A DNA stretch of 64,000 bases from a virus (Duplodnaviria; Caudoviricetes): the IMG/VR virus record IMGVR_UViG_3300030372_001589, positions 6,524-70,523 of that record; one strand, given 5' to 3'. A model generated the notes under the pieces. It made no database searches. It worked only from the letters and a program-made list of their open reading frames with translations, and was not told where the DNA came from. A program made the position numbers and the translations under genes. Each line of letters begins with the position of its first letter. Positions within the stretch are counted from its first letter, which is position 1. Shown here piece by piece: positions 20,001 to 29,864 of the stretch.

Positions 20001-23000
20001 TGAAGATACAAATACTAGCATTATAGAAATAGCACCTCATTTACCTTTAACTTTAGGAAGAGTTGATATTAACTATGCTAATACTACCGATACTACTTTT
20101 AACGCTACTACATTAGGAGTGGGAACGGGAACTATCGGAAATAGATATTTTACTTTACCCGACACTGCAACTAACGCATTATCGTCAATAGCAAGCCCTA
20201 GAAAATATCATAATGAACCTATTTATGCTGATGGAGTTTTTATTGGTATTTTACTAAAGGTTGATAATAATTTTCCATTTACTTCAGTTACCGTGTATCT
20301 TGATAGGCCATTGAGTATTACTCTTAGCGGTCAAACTATACAAACCATTACACCAACAGGTAATTTCGGTGAAACAAGTAAACTAACTCACGAATTAAAT
20401 CTATTAAATGGCGCACATCTTCATGGAGGTAAAATGATAGGATTACTTAGTCCATATACTAGAACCGGCTCTGTCCCCGCAGGTTCGGGAGTAAGTTTAT
20501 TTATGAATTATCCTCTGTATTATAATTCTATGACTACTGCTAATTCTGTGGAAGCCAAGACTTATTCTGAAAAATATGGTGCGCCTATGTATAGAATATA
20601 TAATTTAGAAAAAGGAAATTATAATACAATAGTTAATGAAGCAGGTTCAACTTATAATAACATAGGTGACGGGGATGGGAATAACTATTATTACGCTGAA
20701 ACTTTAAGCAAGATACCTTACTATGCTTCTGCATATAGATTTAATTTTGGGCATTCTTTAGATGTTACATCAAGTTATACTAATCCTACATTTAAAAACC
20801 ATGTAACCGGAGTAGGTAAAACAGATAAAGGAGTCAATAAACACCTTTTGCCAGAATCTAGAGGATTAACTAATGTTGCTGGCTCAAGGTATTTTGATAC
20901 AAGAATACACGCTAAAAATGCTTCTGAAAGAACAGTGGCCTTTAATTACGGCCATAATTGGTTTCAACTATTTGAACATTCTCAAGCCAATGGTACTAGT
21001 CCATATGTGGCTAAAGACCACATGAACCACATAGACCCCAAAGTAACAAGAATGTTTTTATTCGCTAATTGTGATTTGCACCCTTATTCTTCTAAAAGAG
21101 CAGATAGTTTAATGCAAGGTAGTCAGACTAGAACAATAAGTGATTATGGTCTATTTGCTTTGAATAAACCTGCTTCTTCTAGTAATTCTGATACTAAATC
21201 TATGTCAATAGGAAGTTCTTCTAGTGTTAACTTACTTGATTCTAGTTACTCTTTTTCAAATATAATTTCATCAGATAAAACTATCAATACCCTAAAGAGA
21301 TTTTCAATGATGAGATTAACAGAAGTTGTCATTGATTGGGCTTTTAATCAATTTGACCCCGAAAACATAGTTAGTAAAAAGAGAACAATTCCTCCATTTT
21401 TATATGCGTCTTATGATTGGTTTTCACTACAAAGTTTTTGGTCGGGTAATGAGGTTCAAACTGCTGATTATAATAACACTAATAAGACAATAACTGCGGA
21501 TAGTGATATTAGCGGTTCATTGGCGGCAAATGACATCTTAGTGGATTCAGCAGGGAGATTTATAGGAGTAGTTGCTAGTGTCAGCACCACTACAATAACT
21601 TTAGACGATTACCCCAAAAAAACAGATGGTACTAATTATTATTCTGGTATTTTGTATAAGATAGAGGCTTTAACTAAAGATGGTACTAATCATACTTATA
21701 ATGCCGCTAACATAGAAGGTCACGGAGGAAGAGATACTTTTACTCAATTTACAGACAGTATTCACATGCTACAATCAATAGTAATACATGATACTCCTGA
21801 TTACGGCTCAAGCGGTTCTGCTTGGCATGATGCTTTTAGTAGTGATTTAGATGAAAGCACGGGTGACCCTGCAAGGTCAGCAAATACTTATTTACCAATT
21901 TCAATAGAACAATACGCCACTGATTTAGCGGGTGGAGTTGAAATATCAGATTTAGCCAATTCAGCCCATACTGCCAAAGCATACCACCCTTCGCAAGTAT
22001 TGAAAATATTTGATAGTTTAGATGGTATAGGTAATGTAACTACTCCTTCTGGAGTTGATACTTTAATGGGTGGCTTTTTGCCTTTATTTTTAGATAGATT
22101 TTCTGTTGAAAATGATGGGGGTTCTAGAGTTACAAAGGGAACAGTAGGTGGGCCTGTTAAATGTTGGAGCGTAAAAGATTCAAGACATGATACTGCTGAC
22201 CCCGATACATCAGATATAAGCATAATTGGATTAGGGCTATATACTGATTTTGCATTATATGATAATGCTAGCGGAAGTTCAAGAACCTATGATAAAGACG
22301 CAGATGGCGTAATGATGGGATTCAAACCAAGACTATACATTGATACTATTTCAGGAGTGAGTACAAATAAAGCCGCAGGTAATCAAACAATATACACATA
22401 CATAATTGACCCCGATGGTTCAGATATTACTAATGTTGAAACGAGAGATTACTCAGAAAGCGATGATACAGGCACATTTACAGGAGTAAATAAAAAATCA
22501 TTACACCATATGAATGATTTAACAGGTACTTATTTAGTTTCAGAAATAGGAAAATATTATAATAGTAGTGATGTGAAAACCACTAGTAATGAAACATTTG
22601 CTAATCCAATTTCGTTAAATAACTACTATCCTAAAGACATCTGCTATGTAATATCTCATGAAATTGATACTACTAATACTAGTAAAAGACATATTATTAG
22701 AACAGATAAGGCATTAGCGGTGGGGTGGTATAGAATAATGCAACCGAATCACACATGTTTTTATGATTTTAGCCCACAAGAAATAAGAATAAACGAACTT
22801 TCTTCTTCTTATACTAAAGTATCGGGAGAAAATAAATGCTATACAGACATAACAGACTACTTAATTAGTAATAAAGCAGGGCCAAGAGGACAGGTAGGAA
22901 ATTATAATAATACAGGAGGCCAAGAAGCGGCATTGTCTATGTATGTTGTTATTGATGTTGACGGGCAATCTGGAGAAAATTATGTAGTGCTAAGAGAACC

Positions 23001-24159
23001 GGATTCAATGGCTAATCTATTGGGTATTTCTCAAGAATATGACATATGTATTTCTGATGGAGATAATGTTCATAAATCTTCTTTGGTCTATAAAGACAGG
23101 GGAGATACAGAAATAGGCCATTCTTTACAATTTTCTGATATGCAAGAAAAATTAGGTGTTGTTTCTATATCAGAAACAATTAATTTAACAATAACAGATG
23201 AAGTCGATAGCGATGCTAAAAGATGTATGATAGGTGCTACTGCAATAATAGGTGAAGAAGCAGAAAATGTAATAAATGATTTACTTTTAGAACATGACAT
23301 ACCTAATACTATGGATTCTTCGGAGTATTCTTATATGCTGGCTCCTAATTTCCAAGGAATTAATTTATTCGATGCCATTTACTATCTATTAAATAGAAAG
23401 GATAAGATTGCCTATTTTGAAGATGAAACATATAAGGTAATAAAAGCGGCTGATGATTCATTTTTAACAGGTGTTTTTATTCAAGACGCAGGTTCTAGTG
23501 ATATTGAATTATATGAATATGAGAAAGAAGAAAACTTATTTGATTTAAAAAATGACATTACAGTTTATGGCGGTTCTAAAAAAGCAAATAGAAAGGATTT
23601 CAAAAGTATAAAAATTCATGGCACTAAATCTTTAGAAGTTCATGAATATAATTTAATCGGGCAAGAAGAAATTGATAAAAGGGCTACTGAATTATTAGAA
23701 CTTCATACTAAATTAAATCAAAAAATTACTATTACAGTAGGTCATAAAGGAGTTTCTCAATTAAAAGCAGGGGATATAATAGAATTAGAAATACGAAGAG
23801 AAAATATTCCTAGAAATCAATATATGATTTTACAGATTGAACACCTACTAACAGGTAATATGAAATTACAATTAGGTAGGTACAGTAAACAATTACAAGA
23901 CCGTTTTTCAGAAATATCCATAGACATTAACCAAATAAAAACTAATACAAGAAAAAAGAGTTATTCAGATGCTTTTGTCGGATTAGTTAATACTGATACT
24001 TTTAAAATTAAACCAATTAGACTAGTAATTAGAGAAAGAAAAAGCAGTGGAGGCGCAGTGATTGGTTTTGGGACACCCCTAAATACTAGCACTAGGCCAT
24101 TAGGACATGAGGATGGAAGCGGCGTTACCCACACAACATTATTGGAGGAAGACTATTGA
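17032..24159 (+). CDS. Giant (2375 aa) tail-tip/baseplate hub protein
   Basis: Uninterrupted ORF, Thr/Ser/Asn/Gly-rich; C-terminal ITITVG..QLKAGDIIEL...YMILQIEH..MKLQLG resembles Tal/central-fibre C-termini. Confidence 0.7.
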   Translation: MTRIFAESLENIEVSTVATNASSNQITNIQNATAGTTNTAFYAGMGVSYKTGASSSTIADNSYTTSITHSGSGYAVMNQNAALTDADHTVIFNKSNYNVPTNPKFRTFGAYSSSERLYTIVYDKNPLSFTDATCDLTNSDATVTCDASATIKVGMIVTYGSSGIADGTYVKSINTGTEGSNVSSFELSANFTGTGANNQTLTFTSGGLFKQQLATGDSADTEYSNLETTEGFKIISFDFNSRAGVKLDMNLTTHNYFVLVHSDDYLKHHFAKITSKITENNFHTEGVSIENTVIGFEFEPKLGDELLRDSKFMVFKGPSISDTDRDCNILAVSAGIKKDLQDNLVCSQPLFYFFNDKLDKDNQLDHNTKCFTKFLGGNTTTIAPIITNTFVTCQDNRKVIKDYSKFTHNLTMVDNLKKLDAPDFDNTAFSQYNILNEYDGGTVTTWNRALNFTNYDKCFTNARRDTDNDIFNPDSQSFRGPIRYIHYDFSPNRTNKTYNVIDLTMEDSVGNRGSFIETKIVDSKRIMPTKIFTNDKIRIRHRLHKGKFNDWFALKAKIKSSLGSNEYRFTTEYDLSTMFNVGDEVKIGTDASSPILIIETIDAINNFGTTGKEQDITFRAESRIENGSIFASTGYTLSEGAVIYRRAWNTTDKTLLTTFDILENRNNNLYVKLISNHFGFLEATVTASDKNKQMLTLDFTTTNRSISSLDYMYGSYYIEVEKFTGSIEKTSYYKQDGQTILQLAGRSDSRKLLGPIINKNLLHSEDIVYSSSSPYNRLGYVDAYSQTDRVVVCSFDSKHVVFSGTHRLSVGDNIYLLHDSHNTISYIGEVDGLGGVDGDGDFDGSNPTTEVYLVDYSLAESSTNPSDEDIGLFARTKHYIFNKALSSNRVLNTSTDLTGTATKGLYFTGGKKISSNGAESTNLIGTGVGTDSRGLGYHISDCISMSNDSKFQIRLDDDASGTTTETDKTYETFDTINTLIDFNILTNTYDEDTNTSIIEIAPHLPLTLGRVDINYANTTDTTFNATTLGVGTGTIGNRYFTLPDTATNALSSIASPRKYHNEPIYADGVFIGILLKVDNNFPFTSVTVYLDRPLSITLSGQTIQTITPTGNFGETSKLTHELNLLNGAHLHGGKMIGLLSPYTRTGSVPAGSGVSLFMNYPLYYNSMTTANSVEAKTYSEKYGAPMYRIYNLEKGNYNTIVNEAGSTYNNIGDGDGNNYYYAETLSKIPYYASAYRFNFGHSLDVTSSYTNPTFKNHVTGVGKTDKGVNKHLLPESRGLTNVAGSRYFDTRIHAKNASERTVAFNYGHNWFQLFEHSQANGTSPYVAKDHMNHIDPKVTRMFLFANCDLHPYSSKRADSLMQGSQTRTISDYGLFALNKPASSSNSDTKSMSIGSSSSVNLLDSSYSFSNIISSDKTINTLKRFSMMRLTEVVIDWAFNQFDPENIVSKKRTIPPFLYASYDWFSLQSFWSGNEVQTADYNNTNKTITADSDISGSLAANDILVDSAGRFIGVVASVSTTTITLDDYPKKTDGTNYYSGILYKIEALTKDGTNHTYNAANIEGHGGRDTFTQFTDSIHMLQSIVIHDTPDYGSSGSAWHDAFSSDLDESTGDPARSANTYLPISIEQYATDLAGGVEISDLANSAHTAKAYHPSQVLKIFDSLDGIGNVTTPSGVDTLMGGFLPLFLDRFSVENDGGSRVTKGTVGGPVKCWSVKDSRHDTADPDTSDISIIGLGLYTDFALYDNASGSSRTYDKDADGVMMGFKPRLYIDTISGVSTNKAAGNQTIYTYIIDPDGSDITNVETRDYSESDDTGTFTGVNKKSLHHMNDLTGTYLVSEIGKYYNSSDVKTTSNETFANPISLNNYYPKDICYVISHEIDTTNTSKRHIIRTDKALAVGWYRIMQPNHTCFYDFSPQEIRINELSSSYTKVSGENKCYTDITDYLISNKAGPRGQVGNYNNTGGQEAALSMYVVIDVDGQSGENYVVLREPDSMANLLGISQEYDICISDGDNVHKSSLVYKDRGDTEIGHSLQFSDMQEKLGVVSISETINLTITDEVDSDAKRCMIGATAIIGEEAENVINDLLLEHDIPNTMDSSEYSYMLAPNFQGINLFDAIYYLLNRKDKIAYFEDETYKVIKAADDSFLTGVFIQDAGSSDIELYEYEKEENLFDLKNDITVYGGSKKANRKDFKSIKIHGTKSLEVHEYNLIGQEEIDKRATELLELHTKLNQKITITVGHKGVSQLKAGDIIELEIRRENIPRNQYMILQIEHLLTGNMKLQLGRYSKQLQDRFSEISIDINQIKTNTRKKSYSDAFVGLVNTDTFKIKPIRLVIRERKSSGGAVIGFGTPLNTSTRPLGHEDGSGVTHTTLLEEDY

Positions 24160-24518
24160 TAACTGATAAATTAAAAGCCCTTATTGCAGACCAATTAGTT
24201 ACTCTAATTACAAGTAGCGGGTATGCTAAAGTAGGACAGGGAGGCAATTCAACAAGTCCCGCTTCGACTGATTTAGATGTTGATATTGGGGCCGGTACTG
24301 CCGCCTATAATGCTACTGCTATTAAGTCCGGTGAAAATACTGTTGAATACAGTCTTAAAATAGCAGGTTCTAATACTAACTTAAATGGTAAAGTAATTAG
24401 AGAAGCAGGTTTCTTTGATTCTTCGGGTAATATGTTATCTAGGTTTAATTTTACAGGAATAGGGCCGGTAGCAACAACAAGCGATTTAGAAATATTTTTT
24501 ATATTAGAGGTGGAATAA
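24156..24518 (+). CDS. Baseplate/tail-collar-like protein
   Basis: KVGQGG, IREAGFFDSSGNMLSR motifs are typical of tail-collar/upper baseplate proteins. Confidence 0.6.
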   Translation: MITDKLKALIADQLVTLITSSGYAKVGQGGNSTSPASTDLDVDIGAGTAAYNATAIKSGENTVEYSLKIAGSNTNLNGKVIREAGFFDSSGNMLSRFNFTGIGPVATTSDLEIFFILEVE

Positions 24519-24519
24519 C

Positions 24520-26694
24520 ATGGGAGCAATAAACAATCCGCATATTTACAGCACTACATCAGGAACAACTCCGACTACTTGGATAACAGACGATATAGAT
24601 TATCCGCATTCGGGATTAATCAAAGCATTATCACAAGGCATTAGAGGAAATTATGCTATTAAAGGAAGTGCTACTGATTTTGATATTACTTTAGCCTCTT
24701 CAACCTATACTACTATTGCAGTAACAACAGGAAAGGCATTTAGGGATGGTAAATTAGTAACAATTACTGCTTTAAGTGCTACTAATTTAACAGGGATTCA
24801 TGCAACAGAAGATGTTTACCAATTGTTAGTGGCCCAAGCAAATAATACAATGACATTAAGAGGTTCTAATTCAGTTACTAATAGAATACCAGATTTAACA
24901 GATGGTGATATTCCTATTGCAGTAATTAAATTAGCCGCAGGTTCGGCCCAAGGTTCAGCAGGTACTTCTGATAGATTAGTACAATTCTTAACTACAAGTA
25001 AAGTTAGTAATGATTTAAGCATTGGATATGATAATTCGGGATATACTGAAACTGCTAACATTGTTGGTGCAAGTGGAGTAACGACTATTACTGCGGCAAG
25101 CAGTACCGATGTTAAAGTTAAATTAGCCGGTACTGCCGCAGGTGACACATTTGAAGTTATTGACAGTGCGGCAGAAGTTCAATTTAAAGTTCAAGGAGAT
25201 GGAGAAGTTTCAACACAAGGAAACATTACTGTTGGTGGTAATATAATTAAAGCGTCTGATGGCGGTTCAGCAATTACTTTAGATACATCAGACAATGTAA
25301 CTATTGGTAATAATCTAAAAGTCGGAGGAAATATAATACAGGCTTCTGATGGAGGAAATACTATTACTTTAGATACATCAGATAATGTAACTATTGCCGG
25401 TGATTTAACAGTAGGCGGAGGTGATGTTTCATTTCCTAATGGGGCTAATGCAACATTAAGTGTGGCTACTACGGGTGGTGGAACAGATGGAAGAGATTTA
25501 ACTATTTCAGCAGGTTCAGCACCAACAGGTTCAACAGACCAAAATGGCGGAGATTTAATTCTTAATGCAGGTGGTGGAGATGGAACAGGAACTTCAATAA
25601 TAACCTTTAATACAAAAAAAGGAGATGCAGATACAGTTGCAGAAAGAATGAGAATACATACTGATGGTAAAGTTGGTATTGGTGAAAATGCTCCTTCTGC
25701 ACCTTTACATGTAAAATACACAGGAACAGGAAGCGGTATAATTCTAGAATCAACCGACACAGGTACTTCTGGCGCACCCGATTTGGTACTATTAAGAAAT
25801 AGTGCTTCACCGCTTGATGATGATGTAATAGGTAATATACAATTTAAAGGAATAGATGACGGAGATGATGAAGAAACTTTTGTTTCAATAGTAGGGCAAA
25901 TAGCAGATGTTACCGATGCTTCTATTGATGGAAGATTAAAAATATATATTAAAGAAGCCGGTAGTTCATCTAATCATGTATTGGAAATAGCAGAAGGTAC
26001 TTTAGGATTAGAAGAAAGAGCCGCAGTAGGTAGTCTGCAAAGTAACGGGTCATATGGCAGAATATGGATTAAAAACGATAATCCTAATAATCTATATTTT
26101 ACTAATGGTGATGATAATAACATACAATTAACTAATGGAACCACAGGCCCGCTATTAACAGGAAAGCATTCTATTTGGATTCCAGCAGAAGCAATTAGTC
26201 CTAGAAGTAATGCCGGTTGTGCTGATTTAACAACTTTAGCCGCAGCAACAAGTGGTAGGCCGGATATTAGACATTTAGCATTTGATAAAGATTCAGACGA
26301 ACATGCACAATTTACAATCGCTATGCCTAAAATGTGGGATGAGGGAACAATAACTGCTCAATTCTATTGGACTTCAACTTCTTCAACAACTTCACATGAT
26401 GTTACTTGGGGTATTCAAGGAGTTTCATTAAGTAATGATGATGTGATAGATACGGCTTTTGGAACGGCAGTAACTATTCACGATACAGTGATTGCGGCTA
26501 AAGACCTTCATATTTCATCTGCAACAGGTAATATAACAATAGGTGGTTCGCCAGCCGCAGGTGATTTAACTTGTTTTCAAGTTTATAGAGATGTTGACGG
26601 TGCTGGTACTGCCGCTAATGATGATTTAAATGTTGATGCTCTATTAATGGGTGTTAAATTGTTTTATACAATAAATGCGCCTAATGATGAGTGA
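24520..26694 (+). CDS. Tail fibre / receptor-binding protein
   Basis: 724 aa, Gly/Thr-rich beta repeats, ERMRI..DGKVGIG fibre motif, C-terminal jelly-roll-like domain. Confidence 0.75.
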   Translation: MGAINNPHIYSTTSGTTPTTWITDDIDYPHSGLIKALSQGIRGNYAIKGSATDFDITLASSTYTTIAVTTGKAFRDGKLVTITALSATNLTGIHATEDVYQLLVAQANNTMTLRGSNSVTNRIPDLTDGDIPIAVIKLAAGSAQGSAGTSDRLVQFLTTSKVSNDLSIGYDNSGYTETANIVGASGVTTITAASSTDVKVKLAGTAAGDTFEVIDSAAEVQFKVQGDGEVSTQGNITVGGNIIKASDGGSAITLDTSDNVTIGNNLKVGGNIIQASDGGNTITLDTSDNVTIAGDLTVGGGDVSFPNGANATLSVATTGGGTDGRDLTISAGSAPTGSTDQNGGDLILNAGGGDGTGTSIITFNTKKGDADTVAERMRIHTDGKVGIGENAPSAPLHVKYTGTGSGIILESTDTGTSGAPDLVLLRNSASPLDDDVIGNIQFKGIDDGDDEETFVSIVGQIADVTDASIDGRLKIYIKEAGSSSNHVLEIAEGTLGLEERAAVGSLQSNGSYGRIWIKNDNPNNLYFTNGDDNNIQLTNGTTGPLLTGKHSIWIPAEAISPRSNAGCADLTTLAAATSGRPDIRHLAFDKDSDEHAQFTIAMPKMWDEGTITAQFYWTSTSSTTSHDVTWGIQGVSLSNDDVIDTAFGTAVTIHDTVIAAKDLHISSATGNITIGGSPAAGDLTCFQVYRDVDGAGTAANDDLNVDALLMGVKLFYTINAPNDE
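25231..25410 (+). repeat. Two 90-bp (30-aa) tandem repeats within the fibre gene
   Basis: VGGNII(K/Q)ASDGG..ITLDTSDNVTI twice; DNA attactttagatacatcaga repeated at a 90-bp period. Confidence 0.9.
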
Positions 26695-26699
26695 TAATT

Positions 26700-27125
26700 A
26701 TGTTTGGCCGTACAGTTTCAGGATTTGGTTCAAGAGCAAAAAGAGGTTCACCTTTAGGAATTACAATAGACGCAGGTGGTACTGAAAATTTAGATGTCCC
26801 TGCAACGGCTGGTTCAGGAACAATTTCAACGGGTGCTGGTCAAATTGATTTATCGGCTACTGCAACAGGCGGAGATGGGAGTTATTCATATGCTTGGACT
26901 GTTACTGAAACTGACGACCCAACAAATTCTTTTTCTGTTAATTCCGCAGGTACTCAAAATGCAGCCCGATATAATGATTTAACCCTTAATGTTGCTATTC
27001 CTGCAAGTGTGCATGACCCTCCTAATGCCGGTATTTACACACTAAGATGCACAGTTACAGATGGTACAAGTGCTACTGCTTTTGTTGAACAAGTTATTCC
27101 TGTAACGGGTATTCCAACACCGTGA
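26700..27125 (+). CDS. Ig-like/PKD-type beta-sandwich virion protein
   Basis: ATGGDGSYSYAWTV...YTLRCTVTDG pattern; last gene of the + strand block. Confidence 0.6.
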   Translation: MFGRTVSGFGSRAKRGSPLGITIDAGGTENLDVPATAGSGTISTGAGQIDLSATATGGDGSYSYAWTVTETDDPTNSFSVNSAGTQNAARYNDLTLNVAIPASVHDPPNAGIYTLRCTVTDGTSATAFVEQVIPVTGIPTP

Positions 27126-27174
27126 ATACTCCAAATTGAAGTATATTTTTCTATAAAAAAATGCTAAAAAAAAT

Positions 27175-27207
27175 GGAGGAAGTAGCCCGTTAAAGACTAC
27201 TTCCTCC
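27175..27207. terminator. Hairpin terminator at the junction of the two convergent blocks
   Basis: Perfect 11-bp stem GGAGGAAGTAG/CTACTTCCTCC with an 11-nt loop; long T-runs follow on the - strand and TTT on the + strand. Confidence 0.7.
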
Positions 27208-27348
27208 TTTAGTTTGGTTAGACCAAATACCGCCGCATTCACGGCATTCCCATAATTTGACCCTTTCATTAGACCCGATGTAAAATCCTAATATACGCTT
27301 CGCTAAGGTAGGCGCATTACAATATTTACAAGTCTGCTTTAGGCTCAT
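27190..27348 (-). CDS. 52-aa Zn-ribbon protein, TFIIS/TFS-C-terminal-like spacing (not in ORF track)
   Basis: MSLKQTCKYC-x24-CRECGGIW; ATGA overlap with the upstream ORF. Confidence 0.75.
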   Translation of the reverse strand: MSLKQTCKYCNAPTLAKRILGFYIGSNERVKLWECRECGGIWSNQTKGGSSL

Positions 27349-27500
27349 TTATTATTTTCACCCTCTTTTTCTCCTACTAGTCTTCGCATGTATTCTTCCA
27401 CGCTTTGGTCGGTAATATTATTACCACCAAAAGCGGCGAAAAATAGCAGTGTTATAACTACTAGGAAAATAAGTAGGCCAATCCATTCTGTTGTTGACAT
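27345..27500 (-). CDS. 51-aa single-TM membrane protein (not in ORF track)
   Basis: MSTTEWIGLLIFLVVITLLFFAAFGG...; TAATG and ATGA overlaps at the two ends. Confidence 0.7.
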   Translation of the reverse strand: MSTTEWIGLLIFLVVITLLFFAAFGGNNITDQSVEEYMRRLVGEKEGENNK

Positions 27501-28093
27501 TACCATTTCACCCCTAATTCCACAAATTTTTCTTTTTCAATAGAGAACGCTTTTACAATTCCGTTATCCTGTCCGTATTTCCAAAGGTCATAAACTAATT
27601 GAGTATCTTTCATACAATACTCAACTACCTCATCATATTTTCCCATTTTCCATAGTTTAGGTGCATCAGCACTTTCCATTAATTTAGCATCATTTAAAGA
27701 ACATTTTACAAGATTCTTTAATTGTATTCTTTCACCGTGTTCTTTGAGAATATACTTGCTTGTATCAATATACTTTTGTTCTTTTAAATATTTATGAATG
27801 CAATAAATATCCATAGAATCTCTAAGAATAGGCAAATCAAAGGCCACTATATTATGACCTAATACAGTTCCCCCTTTCTGTAAGTGATTATCTAAATCAT
27901 ATTTTAGTTCAGAAAGCGGTTTAATTATATGTCCCGACTTAGCAAAAGTATCAACAGGTTCATCAACATAAACTGTTCCTGTATTACCATCCCAAGTAGC
28001 AACTGTTGATACTTGAAACATATGAGTATTACTGAAACCACCTATGTCATGCGACATATTTTTAGTTTCAATATCTAATGCTAGTACGCTCAT
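27500..28093 (-). CDS. DEDD (DnaQ/RNase H-like, YprB-type) 3'-5' exonuclease
   Basis: LDIET (ExoI), GHNIVAFDLPIL (ExoII), YCMKDT (ExoIII). Confidence 0.85.
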   Translation of the reverse strand: MSVLALDIETKNMSHDIGGFSNTHMFQVSTVATWDGNTGTVYVDEPVDTFAKSGHIIKPLSELKYDLDNHLQKGGTVLGHNIVAFDLPILRDSMDIYCIHKYLKEQKYIDTSKYILKEHGERIQLKNLVKCSLNDAKLMESADAPKLWKMGKYDEVVEYCMKDTQLVYDLWKYGQDNGIVKAFSIEKEKFVELGVKW

Positions 28094-28098
28094 TTTAA

Positions 28099-28329
28099 TC
28101 ACTCAGAACCATTAGACCACAGTTTAGAGATTTTCTTTGCTTCTGCATCTTCAACAGGTTCGTTGTCGCCAATTCTTCTTTTTAGAAAAGCAACAATGTT
28201 TGTTCCTGCAATACTTAGCATAGAACAACATTCCCAACCTTCATCTCCAAATGTGTCTAAAGTTTCAATAATTACCTTTGGCCCTTTTGTTACATCAAAC
28301 ACTACATATTGGTTTTCCCATTTTGTCAT
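28099..28329 (-). CDS. DUF4177-like small protein
   Basis: WENQYV...LDTFGDEGWE pattern. Confidence 0.55.
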   Translation of the reverse strand: MTKWENQYVVFDVTKGPKVIIETLDTFGDEGWECCSMLSIAGTNIVAFLKRRIGDNEPVEDAEAKKISKLWSNGSE

Positions 28330-29864
28330 TTTTTATCCTCCTTCAATCTAATAAATACAGACCTTCCCATTTTATCTGTTTCAAAATGATGTTCATTTTG
28401 ATTCCACAGTTCATATATTCTGGCCTTTTTGAGTCCAACTTTATTCATAAGAGTATCTAAAAATAGTTTTTTACTAACATAGCCTTCTTCATCTTTATTC
28501 ATTTCAGTGAATACTTTGATAAATTGAGGTTCTTGAGCCTTTTCAGCCATGTCCCTACGCCTTACTCTTAGGCTTCGTTCCAACCAATCCACCAATGTCA
28601 TATAACATTGTCGCACGATAGTAGCCGCTTGTCGGACATTGTAGCCCGTCACAAGAAAGCGGTCTTCTTCTTTGGCGATAGAACGGCTTTGTGCAACGCT
28701 ACAAAGAACAGACATTTTAATGAGAATTTTCAACAAACGGGTAGTAAAATTAGATGCAATCTTTCTAACTTGGGGTGAAGCGGATTGAATGTATGCCTCC
28801 ATACCTTCATATTCTAATTCCAATACATCGTTAAATTCCGGTGAAAATTTCATAACTTCTAAACCTTTTTTATCCACAGATTCCCAACGCTCTTTAACCA
28901 TACAATATATTTTAAATAAAGCATTAGCATGTTTTTCGATTGGCATTTCGATATTCTTAATTTTACCAGCATAAGAGATTTGTTTTCTTCTCATTTTATC
29001 TTGAATAAAATGCGGAACATCCCAAATAAACAATAGCATTCTTTGAAGAACACCCTTTTCTGTCATAACAGATTCTAATTGATATGGTGGATATGTCATG
29101 GCTAATACAGAACGCTCACAAAAACACTTCATAGTGTCGCCTTCTTTTAATTTCTTAGATATTTGCCAATTCTCACCATGTAAAGTATTCATTAATGTAT
29201 TTAGCATAACAATAGCATCTTCTTTATGTTGGCTTTGTTTAAAGACACCTGAATATTCAAATTCATCCCAATGTGCTAATCCGCTACCTTCTAATTCACC
29301 AGCAACTCTCTTTTGCCTAAACTTACCTTTTGTTTCGCTATCTTCTTTCATGTCTAACTCTTCTTTGTAGTGGCCGATTAAAGCAGCATCAGTATAAAGA
29401 GTAGTTGAAAATATATTAAACTGTTTAGGTTTCTTAGGAAGAAATTCTCCTTCATATTCAGCAGGAATTAATTCTGCTATTGGGTGGCTAGATGTATCAT
29501 TAATTTTCTTAAATACTCCCTCAGCAACAGGCCCAACAAAGTTGTATAATGTTGATTTACCTGTTCCCGAAGTCTGTATTTGGCAGAAATGTACTCTTGA
29601 ATCTTCAATGCTGAATCCATTAGGAATGCTAATATAATCTTTACATATCTGTCCTAAGATTACAAAATAACAAATCGCCGCAGGTATTTCATTATAATGC
29701 GCTACATTCGTGGCATCTTTTTGAAACTCTTGAACAATTGCAGGTAATTGACCCGTAAAAAATTCTGTATTCTCTTCGTACTGTTCCATGTATTTTTCTT
29801 CATCTTCACCTTCATACATCATGGAGGTTTTCAAATTTTCAATTTTATTTAATTCTTCACTCAT
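28326..29864 (-). CDS. MCM-like AAA+ ATPase, probable replicative helicase (N-terminal domain absent)
   Basis: Walker A SGTGKS, Walker B HWDEF, LQRM (Arg finger), TTRLL (sensor 2), C-terminal wHTH-like region. Confidence 0.65.
   Translation of the reverse strand: MSEELNKIENLKTSMMYEGEDEEKYMEQYEENTEFFTGQLPAIVQEFQKDATNVAHYNEIPAAICYFVILGQICKDYISIPNGFSIEDSRVHFCQIQTSGTGKSTLYNFVGPVAEGVFKKINDTSSHPIAELIPAEYEGEFLPKKPKQFNIFSTTLYTDAALIGHYKEELDMKEDSETKGKFRQKRVAGELEGSGLAHWDEFEYSGVFKQSQHKEDAIVMLNTLMNTLHGENWQISKKLKEGDTMKCFCERSVLAMTYPPYQLESVMTEKGVLQRMLLFIWDVPHFIQDKMRRKQISYAGKIKNIEMPIEKHANALFKIYCMVKERWESVDKKGLEVMKFSPEFNDVLELEYEGMEAYIQSASPQVRKIASNFTTRLLKILIKMSVLCSVAQSRSIAKEEDRFLVTGYNVRQAATIVRQCYMTLVDWLERSLRVRRRDMAEKAQEPQFIKVFTEMNKDEEGYVSKKLFLDTLMNKVGLKKARIYELWNQNEHHFETDKMGRSVFIRLKEDKK

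Noticed and set aside
17032-26694. Diversity-generating retroelement targeting tail genes
   Set aside because: No reverse transcriptase and no template/variable repeat pair differing at adenines; the only repeats are in-frame tandem duplications.
27042-27269. 75-aa minus-strand ORF from the track
   Set aside because: Overlaps the better-supported Zn-ribbon ORF in another frame, crosses the terminator and runs antisense into a structural gene.
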